Shown piece by piece: positions 26,288-39,607 of a stretch of 64,000 nucleotides of DNA (position 1 is the first letter of the stretch; each line of letters starts with the position of its first letter). The translations under genes were made by a program, and so were the position numbers. The DNA comes from Octopus bimaculoides (lineage: Eukaryota): assembly GCF_001194135.2 (NCBI RefSeq), contig NC_068983.1, positions 25,778,598 to 25,842,597 on the forward strand, given 5' to 3'. The notes beneath the pieces are model-generated. The model made no database searches and was not told where the DNA came from. It was given only the letters and a program-made list of their open reading frames with translations.

Positions 26288-27760
26288 ATCGGCATCATAA
26301 TAACATCAGCAAAAATACTTTAGGAATGAGAAGCCAGGGTTGGGTTTGAAATTCTACCAGGACACCTGATGAAGTCCGGAGAGTAAATCAGTCGAAATTT
26401 GTGGTAACAACAAACAAGATGGAGACACATATCCGTCCAATGTAAATAATGTAAATAATATATATACTTATATATGTTCATATATTATAGGTAGCGGGTT
26501 GTATCTATATTGCTATACCTAAATTTACCACACACTTCGAAGCAACAGAGATAGCTTTATCTGAATAAGATGAATAATTATGCTCCACATTACATACGGT
26601 GTACTCCCACGCCACATGCACGTCGACAAACATACGCACATTCCAGAAAATAGTAGAATTGGAGAAATGTGTAAGTGGGCTGCGTCAGCAAATAGTAATA
26701 CATTTTGAAACAACTTCGCTGTTTGAACTATAAATATATTTATTTTCTGTGCGTCACTAAAAGGCAAAAATCACGTTTCCAAGTTTAAAAGCTAGATATC
26801 ATGTTCTGCAAACTAACAATTATCAGTTGCAATTAAAATCTTGATTGGTTACTGAAGGATATTAGGTTTGATAGTGGTGTTTTGTCTGGAAATTTAGAGT
26901 CCAGGGAATTTGTATATAATCATTTCTACCTACCTATCTATCTATCTATCTATCTCTCTCTCTCTCTCTCTCTCTNNNNNNNNNNNNNNNNNNNNNNNNN
27001 NNNNNNNNNNNNNNNNNNNNNNNNNNNNNNNNNNNNNNNNNNNNNNNNNNNNNNNNNNNNNNNNNNNNNNNNNNNNNNNNNNNNNNNNNNNNNNNNNNNN
27101 NNNNNNNNNNNNNNNNNNNNNNNNNNNNNNNNNNNNNNNNNNNNNNNNNNNNNNNNNNNNNNNNNNNNNNNNNNNNNNNNNNNNNNNNNNNNNNNNNNNN
27201 NNNNNNNNNNNNNNNNNNNNNNNNNNNNNNNNNNNNNNNNNNNNNNNNNNNNNNNNNNNNNNNNNNNNNNNNNNNNNNNNNNNNNNNNNNNNNNNNNNNN
27301 NNNNNNNNNNNNNNNNNNNNNNNNNNNNNNNNNNNNNNNNNNNNNNNNNNNNNNNNNNNNNNNNNNNNNNNNNNNNNNNNNNNNNNNNNNNNNNNNNNNN
27401 NNNNNNNNNNNNNNNNNNNNNNNNNNNNNNNNNNNTATATATATATATATATTTAATATATTTAATATATTTAATATATTTAATCCTTTATATTGAACAC
27501 TCAATATTTCATCTATTCAATAAGATATATTCCATATATTCAATAAGACATTCAATATTTTATTTCATTGTACTATCCATTTTATTTTATATTATATATT
27601 GTATATTATATTATATATTGTATATTCCATATTCTATATCCCACATTGGTTTTGCAGGAATATAAATAAAACATAAAAAACAGACAGTGTTGGAACTCTT
27701 TTAAACAAAATAATATATATATATATACACATACACATACATATGTATGCATGAAAATAA

Positions 27761-27960
27761 GCACAAGCATGACTGTGATAAGAAGCTTGCTTCCAAGTCT
27801 CATACATTCAGGTTTGTTGTCACTGCGTGAAACTTAGTACAGTGTCTTCTACCGAGCCACGAGAATGGACTTCGAAGACGGAAACCGATAGAATCCCATT
27901 ATGTATGTGTTTATGTATGTTTGTATGTATGCATGCATTTATATATGTTTATAAATATGC

Positions 27961-28041
<81 letters not shown>

Positions 28042-28165
28042 TGCGTGTGTATGTGTACGTCCCTGCGTTTGTATCTGTCAACCAACCGCTTGATAATTTG
28101 TCTTCGTGTGTATACCTCATAGTAACTTAGCGGTCAGGCAAACGAAAAACCATAGAACATGTAAT
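27761..28165 (+). mobile_element. Degenerate family A SINE split by microsatellites
   Basis: Fragments agaagcttgcttcc, cagtgtcttctaccgagcc, gacggaaaccgatagaatccc, accaaccgcttgataatttg and gtaacttagcggtcaggcaa occur in family-A order. Confidence 0.6.
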
Positions 28166-29151
28166 AGATAAATAAAAACGAAAGGGTGAGGTCGCTTGAT
28201 TTGCTTAAAGTCTACATGACACTAGTTCAGAGAAAATATAAAAGATAAGTTTACATCAATCGGAGTCAAGTTTCCTCTTAAAACGCAGCAATAATTTAAA
28301 GTTCCGTTCCTCTATTCGATACTACAGAGTGCTTTTCCGAGAAATATCGCTGCTGTAAGGAATATTCATTGTGAAATTAAAGTTTTAAATTTGGACAGGC
28401 GATACAGTAGTTATAATGGCTGACAGCAAGCTTGATCTAATTCCAGTACTCGATGATACAAATCTTTCTCATCCCCTATATGCTTTATATACGAGTATGT
28501 TCGAATGTATGCACATATGTACACGTAAGATACAAGTGTGCGTACGCATGCGCTTTAGAATTCTCTGAATGACAGGAAATAACTTAGGGAATGTAAATAT
28601 AGAAGAAAAGATGAGGAAGTTCTATAGCGAAAAATAACTGAAAACTGTTAGAAAAACAGGAGATATTTTGAGTTATAGTGGACTTGGTCAATATCTGTCT
28701 CATTACGTGCGTTTGAAGGTGTATGCGGTTGTAGATGTAAGCTTCTATGCCTCTCTGTGTGTACGGCTGTTTTAATGTTCGCTAATAATTTGAAGAAAAT
28801 TGTAAAATTATCGATAATGTAATTTCCGTTGGTTTGATTAAAATGTTTAATCAATTGAACGAATGAATATCTATGTCCTGTCATGTCTTAGGAAAAAGAA
28901 ACTAACCTTTATATCTCTATTGTTATACGATTAGAAAACTACACATATATTCTGGTTGTTTATTTCACCTATAACCCAAGAAGTAGATTGTAAATATATA
29001 AATTTCGGAGATAGGAGTGTAAGTGGACATAACCTACATGCAATAAACAAAGAATCAACAGCCAATTCACTACTAATATATGGTTGGCATTCTACCTAAG
29101 TAAACACAAAATTTATGTACGATTAGTCACTCTCTCCTTCTCTCTCTTTCT

Positions 29152-29196
<45 letters not shown>

Positions 29197-29200
<4 letters not shown>

Positions 29201-29765
29201 AGTAAGGGCAAAAAGAATAACATTTCTTTGCCAATGTGCTGAAAAATAGACGCTAAATCGTCTAGCCACATAAAATATTTTCACTTATATTAATACACTA
29301 CGTGTATTCATAATTTTCATTTTAAAAAGTATTTTTCATATGCAGGCCACTGAAAATTGTTTTAAAGTTTTATGCTTATATTAGAAGTATATTAATTCCC
29401 ATTCACTTCAGGACAGGTTAACCACATATGTGCGTTTCCTGATTGACTACCATTTATATTTAAATACACTTGGGGTACTTAAATGTATACATGACCTTGA
29501 ATCTCGTTTTCCGTTGTATGTCTAAGTATTTCATTTATTTTCATTTTGTGATCCTCGCTGATGAGGGAAGAATCCTTTTTTGGATTAATCCAGAAATCGG
29601 AACCGATTCGAGGATAATTATATTTTCATGAATTTCTATTAGCTTGCTTTCCTTGTTTCGAGACGTGGTGTATAAGTAAACATATTTTATGTGGTTAGAT
29701 GACTTTGTGTCTATTTTCCAGCGTATTGGCAAAGAAATATTTTAATTTTTGACCTTCTAATTGTA
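29197..29765. mobile_element. MITE / non-autonomous DNA transposon with about 80-bp TIRs and TA target site
   Basis: Left end ta|caagtaagggcaaaaagaataacatttctttgccaatgtgctgaaaaatagacgctaaatcgtctagccacataaaata matches the reverse complement of the right end, tattttatgtggttagatgactttgtgtctattttccagcgtattggcaaagaaatattttaatttttgaccttctaattg|ta. Confidence 0.75.
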
Positions 29766-29905
29766 TTTCCAATTCTCACATTAACAGGCATCTTACATAT
29801 GCTGGCTACTGATTAAATTTTAAAAAAAATATCGTTATATTAGCTGTACATGCATACACACGTCCATACATACATACATAAACACACATATATGTATATA
29901 TATAG

Positions 29906-29937
<32 letters not shown>

Positions 29938-30240
29938 GTAAACATAAATATACATATATATACATAAAAATACACATAGATACACACTGGTGATGTTGTG
30001 CGGCTCTTGGGCAATTTTGTTCTGTCATAGCCTCGTATCGACTATAACCTTTTGATTATATAAAGATAATTTGGGAAAACAAATTTTCAAATCAATCAGA
30101 TACAACCCTTCAACATTACATGCATCTACATATCGTACCTTGGGGGTCTTATTTATCATATACTTATATATTTATCTATAAATATACAAAGTATCTGATA
30201 AACGTGAATATTAATTCAATTTTGGGGAATTAATCGATAT

Positions 30241-31179
30241 GCGGATACTCTATTTCAGATAATACAAAATATAACCTAATGCGTATATCTGAAAGTAAAC
30301 TCATGGTATCAGATTGCACTTCACGAAATATATCTTAAAGGATATAACAGAAAATTACCAGCAGGGTACATTTTATACTTCATTAATTATCTCCTACTTT
30401 AGTTAATATTTGATTTATAAAATATGAAGGAACAACAGGTGTTTCAGTATTGGAAGGTTACGATATATATACATATACAGAAACGGTATACACAAATATA
30501 TACATATATATATAAATACATATATGCAATCGTCAGATTTACAATTATTGCAACACATCTTGAGGTTCTTTTTCAAAATATTATATATCTAATTTTACAT
30601 CCCTTTAAAAAATAAGGAGTACAATTAAGCATTAAAGATTAGAAATTAAAGATTAAAAATTAAGAATTAAAAATAAAAAATATACTTTGTAATATTAAGA
30701 ATTAAAATGTATAAATTATATATTATAAATATTANNNNNNNNNNNNNNNNNNNNNNNNNNNNNNNNNNNNNNNNNNNNNNNNNNNNNNNNNNNNNNNNNN
30801 NNNNNNNNNNNNNNNNNNNNNNNNNNNNNNNNNNNNNNNNNNNNNNNNNNNNNNNNNNNNNNNNNNNNNNNNNNNNNNNNNNNNNNNCAAATGCATATTA
30901 TTTTTTACATATTGATTTTTAATCTTTAATGCTTAATTGTACTGCTCATTTTTAAAAGGATGTAAAATTAGATATATAATATTTTGAAAAAGAACGTGAA
31001 ATGAATTGGAATAATTGTAAATCTGATGATTGCATATATGTATTTATATATGTATACATATATATGTATACAGTTTGTGTATATGTATATATATTGTAAC
31101 CTTCCAATACTGAAACACCTTTGCTTTCAGATATACTCATTAGGTTATTTTTTGTATTATCTGAAATAGAATACCCCGC
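30241..31179. repeat. Long fold-back (inverted repeat) spanning a gap
   Basis: 30241-30297 plus 30437-30660 match the reverse complement of about 30910-31179 (e.g. aggtgtttcagtattggaaggttac vs gtaaccttccaatactgaaacacct). The arms are diverged and the left arm has an extra segment of about 135 nt. Confidence 0.8.
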
Positions 31180-32806
31180 TTAACTACCGCTGTTGGTTCG
31201 TTTACGTCCCTGTAACTTATATACGATACACAAAGACAACCTCACATATACACACATTTATACATAAACGCATAGACACACATGCGTATACAGTTATATA
31301 GGCACAAACATGCGTATTTGTGTGTGTATGTGTGTGTTTATGCATTACTGTGTGTGTCTGTCTGTCATTCTGTCTGTCTCAATCTGCACACACACACATA
31401 CAGATTCCAAGAAGTTTATTTTATCAGAATTAAATATTTCTGTTAAGTATTTATTCTAACATTTCAATATTTCCTTCCTGATTCGCCCTAATGTCATCAA
31501 ATTGGGCTTATCACTTCCTTTCTATATTCTACGGTTCATAATATCTCAAACTTCATTATTTTAGAAGATTCCACATGCTGTTTTCCTACACATTTTACAC
31601 TTCCGAAGAACGCCGTAGGAGAAATACAGCAACGAGGAAGTGATTGTGCATCTGAATGAAGAGTTGTGCTTTTGTCTCTGAAAGGCTTCTAAAGCTACTG
31701 TGACCAACGCCACGATAAAGATTGGAGCCGAAAGAAGCCGAAATTACACATCAGTATGTTTAAGAATTACTACATAGATTTCAACAAGATCTTCATAATA
31801 AATGCATAGTCTTAAAAACGCTTAGGATGGTCATGGCTGACAACTTGGCAAATGAAATGAAGTCTTTAGAGAAGACAAAAACAAATTAGTTTAAATCAGA
31901 ATAGAATGTAGAGTAGAGATTTCTTTTATGTGAAGTTAGATTTACAGTTTCTTAAGTTGTACGTATTATCTATTGCCATAAAGAAAGTAATAAAATCGAG
32001 GAATAACGTCAAGCAGTGTAAAATTATGATGTAATCCAGTTGTTTTAAAAAATAAATGGGACTGACTGGATTATGGATGATGTTTAGTTTGTTCATATCT
32101 TGCGCTTGCTTTTCTTGGTCTATGTTCCTAGCTAGTAATTTCATCTATATATACATGTATACTTGCGGTTTTGATTTTGTGCGTAAATGTGGAGTTTGTG
32201 CATGTTTATATGTGTGTGTCTGCTCGCTATTGAATTATTTTTTTCTTCTTCAGATTTAGAGAGAATATTGTAATTAGGTTCTGAATCAAAGGCAAAAATG
32301 TATTTGAAGCATTTTTTAAGATCATATTTTAACTGAAAGCTAGTATATTCTATCAACAGAGATGATGAGATTTGCATTTCTTCCTCCGCCAGCGTTGATG
32401 CTTGTAGCATTTGTTAATTTTTTACATTCCTAATTATATTTTGACATTATTCATATTAAATGTAAGACAATATTCAAATCTTTGCATATGATCCATCAGA
32501 AGAGTTTAGACACAGAAGTTCTTCCTGGCTGTAATATCAACTAAATCTTTCTCGGGTTGAAAAGAAAATAACATTGGATAATATTACTTTAGATGCAACT
32601 TGGTTGTAAAATAGCGAATGTTTATAGATTGAAGCCCTTTGATCATATTTTCGATCTATCAAAGAGTATAAGTTTTTAAACAAACGTTGTAAAGAATAAG
32701 TAACATGTTACAATGACCTTAACTATAACTAGTATATGATAGAAATTGCAAGAAGGAAAAGTAGAGAAAGAATGAGAGAAACAGAAACAGTGAGGGATTG
32801 AGAGTT

Positions 32807-32809
<3 letters not shown>

Positions 32810-32880
<71 letters not shown>
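32810..32880. repeat. (GA)n microsatellite
   Basis: Pure GA run. Confidence 0.95.
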
Positions 32881-32884
<4 letters not shown>

Positions 32885-34495
32885 AGAGAGAGAAAGAAAG
32901 AGGGAGAGAGATAGAAAAATGAGAAGCGATAACTGCTATTCGTATCACTTGAAAATAAATTGAAGTTCTTTTTGTACAATGAAATTGTTGAAGTTTATTT
33001 AGTTAGAAAATTAGCTTTTTAACCGTTTAACCAAACAAGTATTAGCAACGTAAGGAATGAGTTTATTGTAAAGAGAACTTAACAAAAGGTTCCTACAAAC
33101 TACAGATGATCACATAAGTATTCTCTGAATTGAATGACTACTGTGGTTATTTTGCTGATCGAAAGTGAGCATTTGATTTGATACACATGCACACACATAC
33201 GGTTAAACACACACACATATGAACCTATGGAAGTATAATCGTTTTACTTTAGCGATACGAGCTACAATATATTTTAGTCTAATTTAGTATTGCGTTAGGG
33301 AAATGATAAAATTAATCTTTAGTTCGTTGCAATATGTGTGATATACTCTTTAACGTAAGCTCATTCAACTATATTTATGACTCGGTTTCGCTATTTATAG
33401 CTTTAGATAAAATTTGTCACTGATAAATGCAAGTAATCAAATTCTTCGGAAAATTTAAGAGACCAGAACGTGATCTATAAATCAAGGTATTCAATTAATG
33501 AACATTTAACTCCTAATATATTTCATTCTTTCTTTTAAATATAATTTTCTGATATCGTTACTGAAGCGAATTCAAGAGCTTGTTTCTTACATTATTATTT
33601 AGCTAGATCAATATCTATTTCTTTCTTTTACTCCCTGCCGTAAAGCTAATGAAATACTTATTTCGTCTATAATGTACACAAGAATACGTTGATGTAATCG
33701 ATGTATTGCTATATTACACAAGCAATACAGAGATTTGTAAGGTACTAACATCAAACAATTCAATTAATCATATCATTTCTTACAGTTTATTGTATTGTAT
33801 ATTGCCAGATATATATTTTATTTCATCTATTTCTCTCCTATAAAACAGGCATTTTCAACACATAATATGTTGAAATAAATTCTTGCCTTCAAAACATGAC
33901 TTAAATTCATAGTTTTTACTAGAAAAAATATCTATCCTGTTATTTTGCCACGTAAATCCAATGCAATATTAGTCTTTAATAATATATGTACTATGTAAAG
34001 AAACGGTGATTTATATTTGCAATTTATCTTGGTATCTTGTTCTGATCCCCATGTTACAAAAAGAAATGATAGTAAATCAGTTACAATTTTCTAGCAAAAT
34101 AGATACGTTACGAGAAAGCGCTTTAAGTATTTCTTTGATTTCAAACCACTGGTGAGCATTTCAGTATTTCTTTTATTTGAGCAGGGATAGAACAATAAAA
34201 TTCTTTTAATATAACATTTTATGATTTCGGATAAAATACTTTCTACACATCAAGGAACACGAAAGAAATGGATCGATGCATGACCCAAATTTAATTCAGT
34301 ATAAAAAAATATTTTTGCGACTGGGGAAGGAATAAGTTTCAAGTGACTTCTTACACATGAAATTTTGCGTTTGTATATGTTGTATGTGTTGTTTTGCATT
34401 TGCAAGCATAATTGTACATTCAATGCTTTTGTTTATAATGCTATGGCAAAGATGTAATAGGAAAATTACCAGTCGTAGTTCGGCGACATATTTAC

Positions 34496-34571
34496 CAGTA
34501 GTAATTGCTTGAAAAATCATAAAATAAATAACAAATAAAAATACAAATAAATCACGGAATAAATTTTTCAT
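34496..34571 (-). CDS. Candidate first coding exon (signal peptide) of the nAChR-like gene
   Basis: Acceptor tctctctctctcAG at 34636/34635, a short UTR, then ATG at 34571 encoding MKNLFRDLFVFLFVIYFMIFQAITT-G|GTAAAT. This gives a basic N-terminus, a hydrophobic core and a phase-1 donor as in nAChR exon 1, on the same strand and upstream of 20054. Caveat: T-rich DNA yields hydrophobic peptides by chance. Confidence 0.4.
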
Positions 34572-36367
34572 CTCAAGTGAACACATTAAATTACGTGAGT
34601 TTAAGTATCATAGTTTAAAAACAAATAGAATAGATCTGAGAGAGAGAGATTTCTCCACACACAAAATGCAGGTCACGAAAAAAAGGGAACTCTGTATTCA
34701 AGGTTCAATGAAGTGAATGCGTCAGCGTATTTCAAGCTTAGGACTCTGACAGTAATTTAGATAATTGTCAAAATTAGTCAAAAAATTAAACGGAAAATTA
34801 TTTTGTATTAATGAAAGCAATAGACCAATTACAAAGATAATTGTTTGTATATTTATGAAGTTACTTCCTAAATATTTAGTTTGTATTGCAGCTTAAAGTA
34901 TTTTATAATAGTACTCTCTTATTTTTGTTTCTCAGTGCCTAATTGGATTTGCCGATAACTTATCACGATACGATTTAAAATTACAATACTTGATTTTTTT
35001 TTTATGTCAGTGTATTATGAGGTCAGCTTCTTGAATTAAAGCCTGTCTTATATAGTCCTCACATACAGTTGCGTAATATATATTTATCCCCCGAAGCAAG
35101 CCAACAAAGAAAAAAAGAAGCCTACTAGTGCATTTCGATTCACAGGTTTACATATATGTATTCGTTTGTGTTTTGACTAGACTTGAAAGGAGTGCTCCGG
35201 ACTTCTACCACTGGCTGAATCAGTAATTTTTCTTTTCTGCCGTCCATCCCTAATGATCTGAATTTCAAACCCCTTTCATTACCTCACGTTTTCAGTTCAC
35301 TCACTTGCACAAAACCCATAACTTAACAGTTTCACAGTCTTCTTAACAAACATTCCCGACATTTACACCACACAGTTTAACAAAATACGTGACACGCTTA
35401 CATATACATTTATATATACATATATAGTATACATATACAAATACACACTTATACACAACCTATCCAAATTCACACACTCACACTGTTTTGTGGCATAGTA
35501 GGAGGTTACCGTAATTCATTCAACGAAAAAGAAAGAGAAAATCCAAGGAGGGTGGGGATGGGCGATTACCCCACCTTTTTCTGAACAAAAATAAAGGATT
35601 TGCGACAAATTAGGTGGTCAGAGTATTTAATTCCTTGCAAAGATCTGAGTGTTTTTTAAATTTCTTAGTAAAGCGTGTGCGGGTGCACTTATCAAAATTT
35701 ACTGAAATATAGAATGAGAATTAGAATTGATACTGTGATCTGCGATATTGAATGATGGAGTAGTGCTCCAACATGAAACACTGCGTCTAATTTTATGTAA
35801 CCAGGGAAAGAACAAAGGTAGAACAATATGTGGTTATATGCATTCGCCTGTGTACGTACGTTGTCTGAGCTTGTGTATGCGTGTTTGTAACTGTGACTGC
35901 GCAGGTGTGAGCGTGAATCGCGTTGTACTGTTAAATTTGATTAAAGATATCAAGAGAAAATAAAAGCTTATTTCTGCAGAATTTTAAACCAGAATATTTT
36001 TATTCTGTGATAATATTCATTGTTTTCTGTCTGTTTCAATTTCTCATGCAAGAATGAAATGAAACATACTGAATCTGATGTTAAATCGTGATTCGCTGAC
36101 TAGATAAAAAGTCGGTCACTTTTCGCTGATATAGCAAGTAGGCTTTCGAATATCGTATTGATGAAAATGTGGTCCTTAGTTTTCAAGTAGACAGAAGTAT
36201 GAGAGCAAGGATGTGTAATATGTCATTTTAATAGTTTCAAATTTTGGCACACGGCTAGCAATTTCGGAGTAGGTGTTGGTCGATAAAGCAGAGTGTGATT
36301 TAGGACGGTAGACAAGGACTAATACACGAGTGAAATACGGCCTTAGGGTCATATATATATATATATA

Positions 36368-36730
36368 GGCGTAGGAGTGGCTGTGTGGTAAGTAGCTTGC
36401 TTACCAACCACATGGTCCCGGGTTCAGTCTCACTTCTTGGCATCTTGGGCAAGTGTCTTCTACTATAGCCCCGGGCCGACCAAAGCCTTGTGAGTGGATT
36501 TGGTAGACGGAAACTGAAAGAAGCCCGTCGTATATGTGTATATGTGTATGTGTGTATGTGTGTATGTGTTTGTGTGTCTGTGTTTGTCCCCCAACATCGC
36601 TTGACAACCGATGCTGATGTCTTTATGTCCCCGTAACTTAGCGGTTCGGCAATAGAGACCGATAGAATAAGTACTAGGCTTCTAAAGAATAAGTCCTGGG
36701 GTCGATTTTCTCGACTAAAAGCGGTGCTCC
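36368..36730 (+). mobile_element. tRNA-derived SINE, family A (best copy)
   Basis: ggcgtaggagtggctgtgtggtaagtagcttgcttaccaaccacatggtcccgggttcagtctcac..., with an internal (TG)n and a 3' domain running into a gap. Homologous to 1752, 9086, 11517 and 52508. Confidence 0.92.
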
Positions 36731-36943
36731 NNNNNNNNNNNNNNNNNNNNNNNNNNNNNNNNNNNNNNNNNNNNNNNNNNNNNNNNNNNNNNNNNNNNNN
36801 NNNNNNNNNNNNNNNNNNNNNNNNNNNNNNNNNNNNNNNNNNNNNNNNNNNNNNNNNNNNNNNNNNNNNNNNNNNNNNNNNNNNNNNNNNNNNNNNNNNN
36901 NNNNNNNNNNNNNNNNNNNNNNNNNNNNNNNNNNNNNNNNNNN

Positions 36944-36982
<39 letters not shown>

Positions 36983-38439
36983 CATTGTTGCTTATCTCTT
37001 ATTCAACGAATGACACGCAAAGCTAAGAGAACGCCACGCATATCTGAAAGAATGTCACGAACACCTGCAATGCACACATATACACGCATGCACAAGTGCG
37101 CACGCGAACACATGCACGTATGCATCTCATTCCTGTATAATTTAACACCCAATATAATATATTAAATATGATTACGTACTAAAATAAAATCTGCAATCTT
37201 ACGTTGCACCACTAATCGCACTTATCAAGTAAAAATATTGATTTTTGATTTTTTTTTTATTATATACAAGTGAAAATTAAACATTATAAATACAATTATT
37301 TTCATGTTACGTAATACATGAAACAAATTAATCAACATAGGGCACAACAGGAGTTCTAATAACTAATTTTAATTCAATATAAAAAGTTCAATAATCATAA
37401 ATTATATTGTCTAAACTGATAATGAATGTAATTTTCATTGAAATGTTTCCCGAATTTAATTGAAATAATTGTTATTATAGATTAATCATTAGTGAAAGCA
37501 TATTATAAAAATTCCATTAGTCTTTCATCGTATCAGTTTCTCATAATTATTAATTATCATTCGGAATATCAAATTTCCAATTTGATCTAGTGAAATTATA
37601 ATTGATAAAGTATGTGAATTTATAATCATTAAATCAGTACACTGCACCTTTAATTCTGTAAATGAGTTCGATATGAAAATTCATTATTTATATATTTTCA
37701 AATATATAGCATAAATAAAAAAAACACTAGATGCATAGCAAACGGAAAAAAAAAACGGGTAACTGCTTATGAAGCTACTAAATAAGTACAATGACAAATT
37801 AAGCATGTTTTGCTCCTCGATCTTTAAATAGAAGTGTACATCATGTTTAATAAAAAGATAATATAACGTATTATTCAGCCAGGTAAAATATTACAGAAGA
37901 CAGCAAATTGCATTGCGATTATCAATTTTGACACATTTGATTTTTTAATAATATGGATTGGAGCCAAATTAAAATTTTGTTTTGATAAATCAAGGAATGG
38001 TGGAATGCTAATACAGTTAGAAGTTATCAGATATCACGAATTCCCTCAAAAATTTATTTGTTGCTTATCAAATTACGAAACGAGAAAATAATGTCACATA
38101 ACTCAAGTACTGAGAGTTTGAAACACCTTCCTCAAATCCTTCTCAAACAACCTCTCACCGAAACTATTAACCGGAAAAAATATAATGTTTAAAATATGAG
38201 TTTCTTTAAATGTCGTCTGACTTCATAGAACACTCGATAGTTGTTTTTTCTTTGTATGGTCATGTATAAAAACTCTTGAGTTTGTATCACATTCTCAAGA
38301 AGCGTAACACTCTCTTACAATACAAAGTAGCGTTCAAAATTCTCTTGTCTTCCTTTATGCTGGTGTCCAATATCCAAAGAAGATCACGTGTTTTTTTTTT
38401 TTTTTACGGTGATGACAGTTATTCACAAGAATAAGGTGC

Positions 38440-39110
38440 ACATATGAAGGAATAAGATTCATAAAAGGAACACTTCGCAGTTATAGAGTATCAATTGCAC
38501 CAACAGACACGAATAATCAACAAGTGGAAGGTTTGAGTCACGTGGATATATACGTCACCACCCATGAACTTGTTCGAGGACTGGACTCTGACAAGAATGC
38601 ATTATAAAAGGCGATCCAATAATTTAGGTCTCGGAATGTGTGTGCTGAATGGGCACCTCACCAGATGAAGTCCGATTTAAAGGATACAAGCCTGTTATAA
38701 GTCATCAGATATAACAAAGTCCCTCAAAAATTTATCTGTTGCGTTCGAAATTACGAAACAAGAAAATAATGTCACATAACTTAGGTATTGAGAGTCTGAG
38801 AGTGTTCTAATCGATTGCACAAGAGGGGACAGTATCACTATGATACGGAATCAATGACTCTGATCAGGGAATGGTATAATAATTGTTCTGCGAGTCCTAA
38901 GAGGTGAAAGCCACTCAACGATCAGGGGAGACAGACATGTGAATTATTTGGGATGATATAGTGTAATCCTTGATATTCTGCTAATCGGAAAGCACTATTA
39001 GCTCATTGAAATATTCATAAATTTTGCAAGAGACATTGGGACGAAGAAAGCAAATAACAATCAAAGAACTATTCACATGCACAATGACAATTCGTGCCAA
39101 CATCCCATTT
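38440..39110 (+). mobile_element. Decayed mariner relic
   Basis: Reads NVCAEWAPHQMK (the WVPHxL motif) at about 38635, then HYDTES..EW and LFGMI (VFWD-like), and HNDNS (HDNA) at about 39080. It is interrupted by a 95-nt repeat unit. Confidence 0.65.
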
Positions 39111-39130
39111 GAATTGAATCATTTCTAATA

Positions 39131-39332
39131 GAGGCACGCGGCCTGAAATTTGAGGGGAGGGGACTGGTCGATTAAATCAGCCCCAGTGCGTAACTGGTAC
39201 TTAATTAATCGATCCTGAAAGGATGGAAGGCAAAGACAACCTCGGCGGAATTTGAACTCAGAACGTAGCGATGGGCGAACTACCGCTAAGCATATCATCC
39301 AACGCGCTAACGGTTCTGCCAGCTCACCGCCT
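39131..39332 (-). mobile_element. tRNA-derived SINE, family B
   Basis: Minus strand reads ggcggtgagctggcagaaccgttagcgcgttggatgatatgcttagcggtagttcgccc...ctgagttcaaattccgccgagg; same family as 6340 and 13341. Confidence 0.9.
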
Positions 39333-39607
39333 TCCCTTTTGTACGAAATCACTAATCAGTAAAAGTTGTCATAAACAAGGAAGTTTCTCTGTCAATATAT
39401 GCAATATGCTATATATCTGTGTGTGTATGTGTGTGTGGGTGCGTGCGCGCGCGCGTGTGAGAGTGTGTATCCACAAAGAGACACACACATACAGACACAT
39501 ACCCACACATATATATTCGAAGTTACTTCTTCGCACATATTCTCCATTTACATAGAGATGTACCACAGACAAGACTCTTTTAGGGTACCTACATATATAT
39601 AGATATA

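Noticed and set aside
29574-29615. CTGATGAG followed by a small stem, possibly a hammerhead
   Set aside because: There is no correctly placed GAAA after stem II and no cleavage triplet or stem I.
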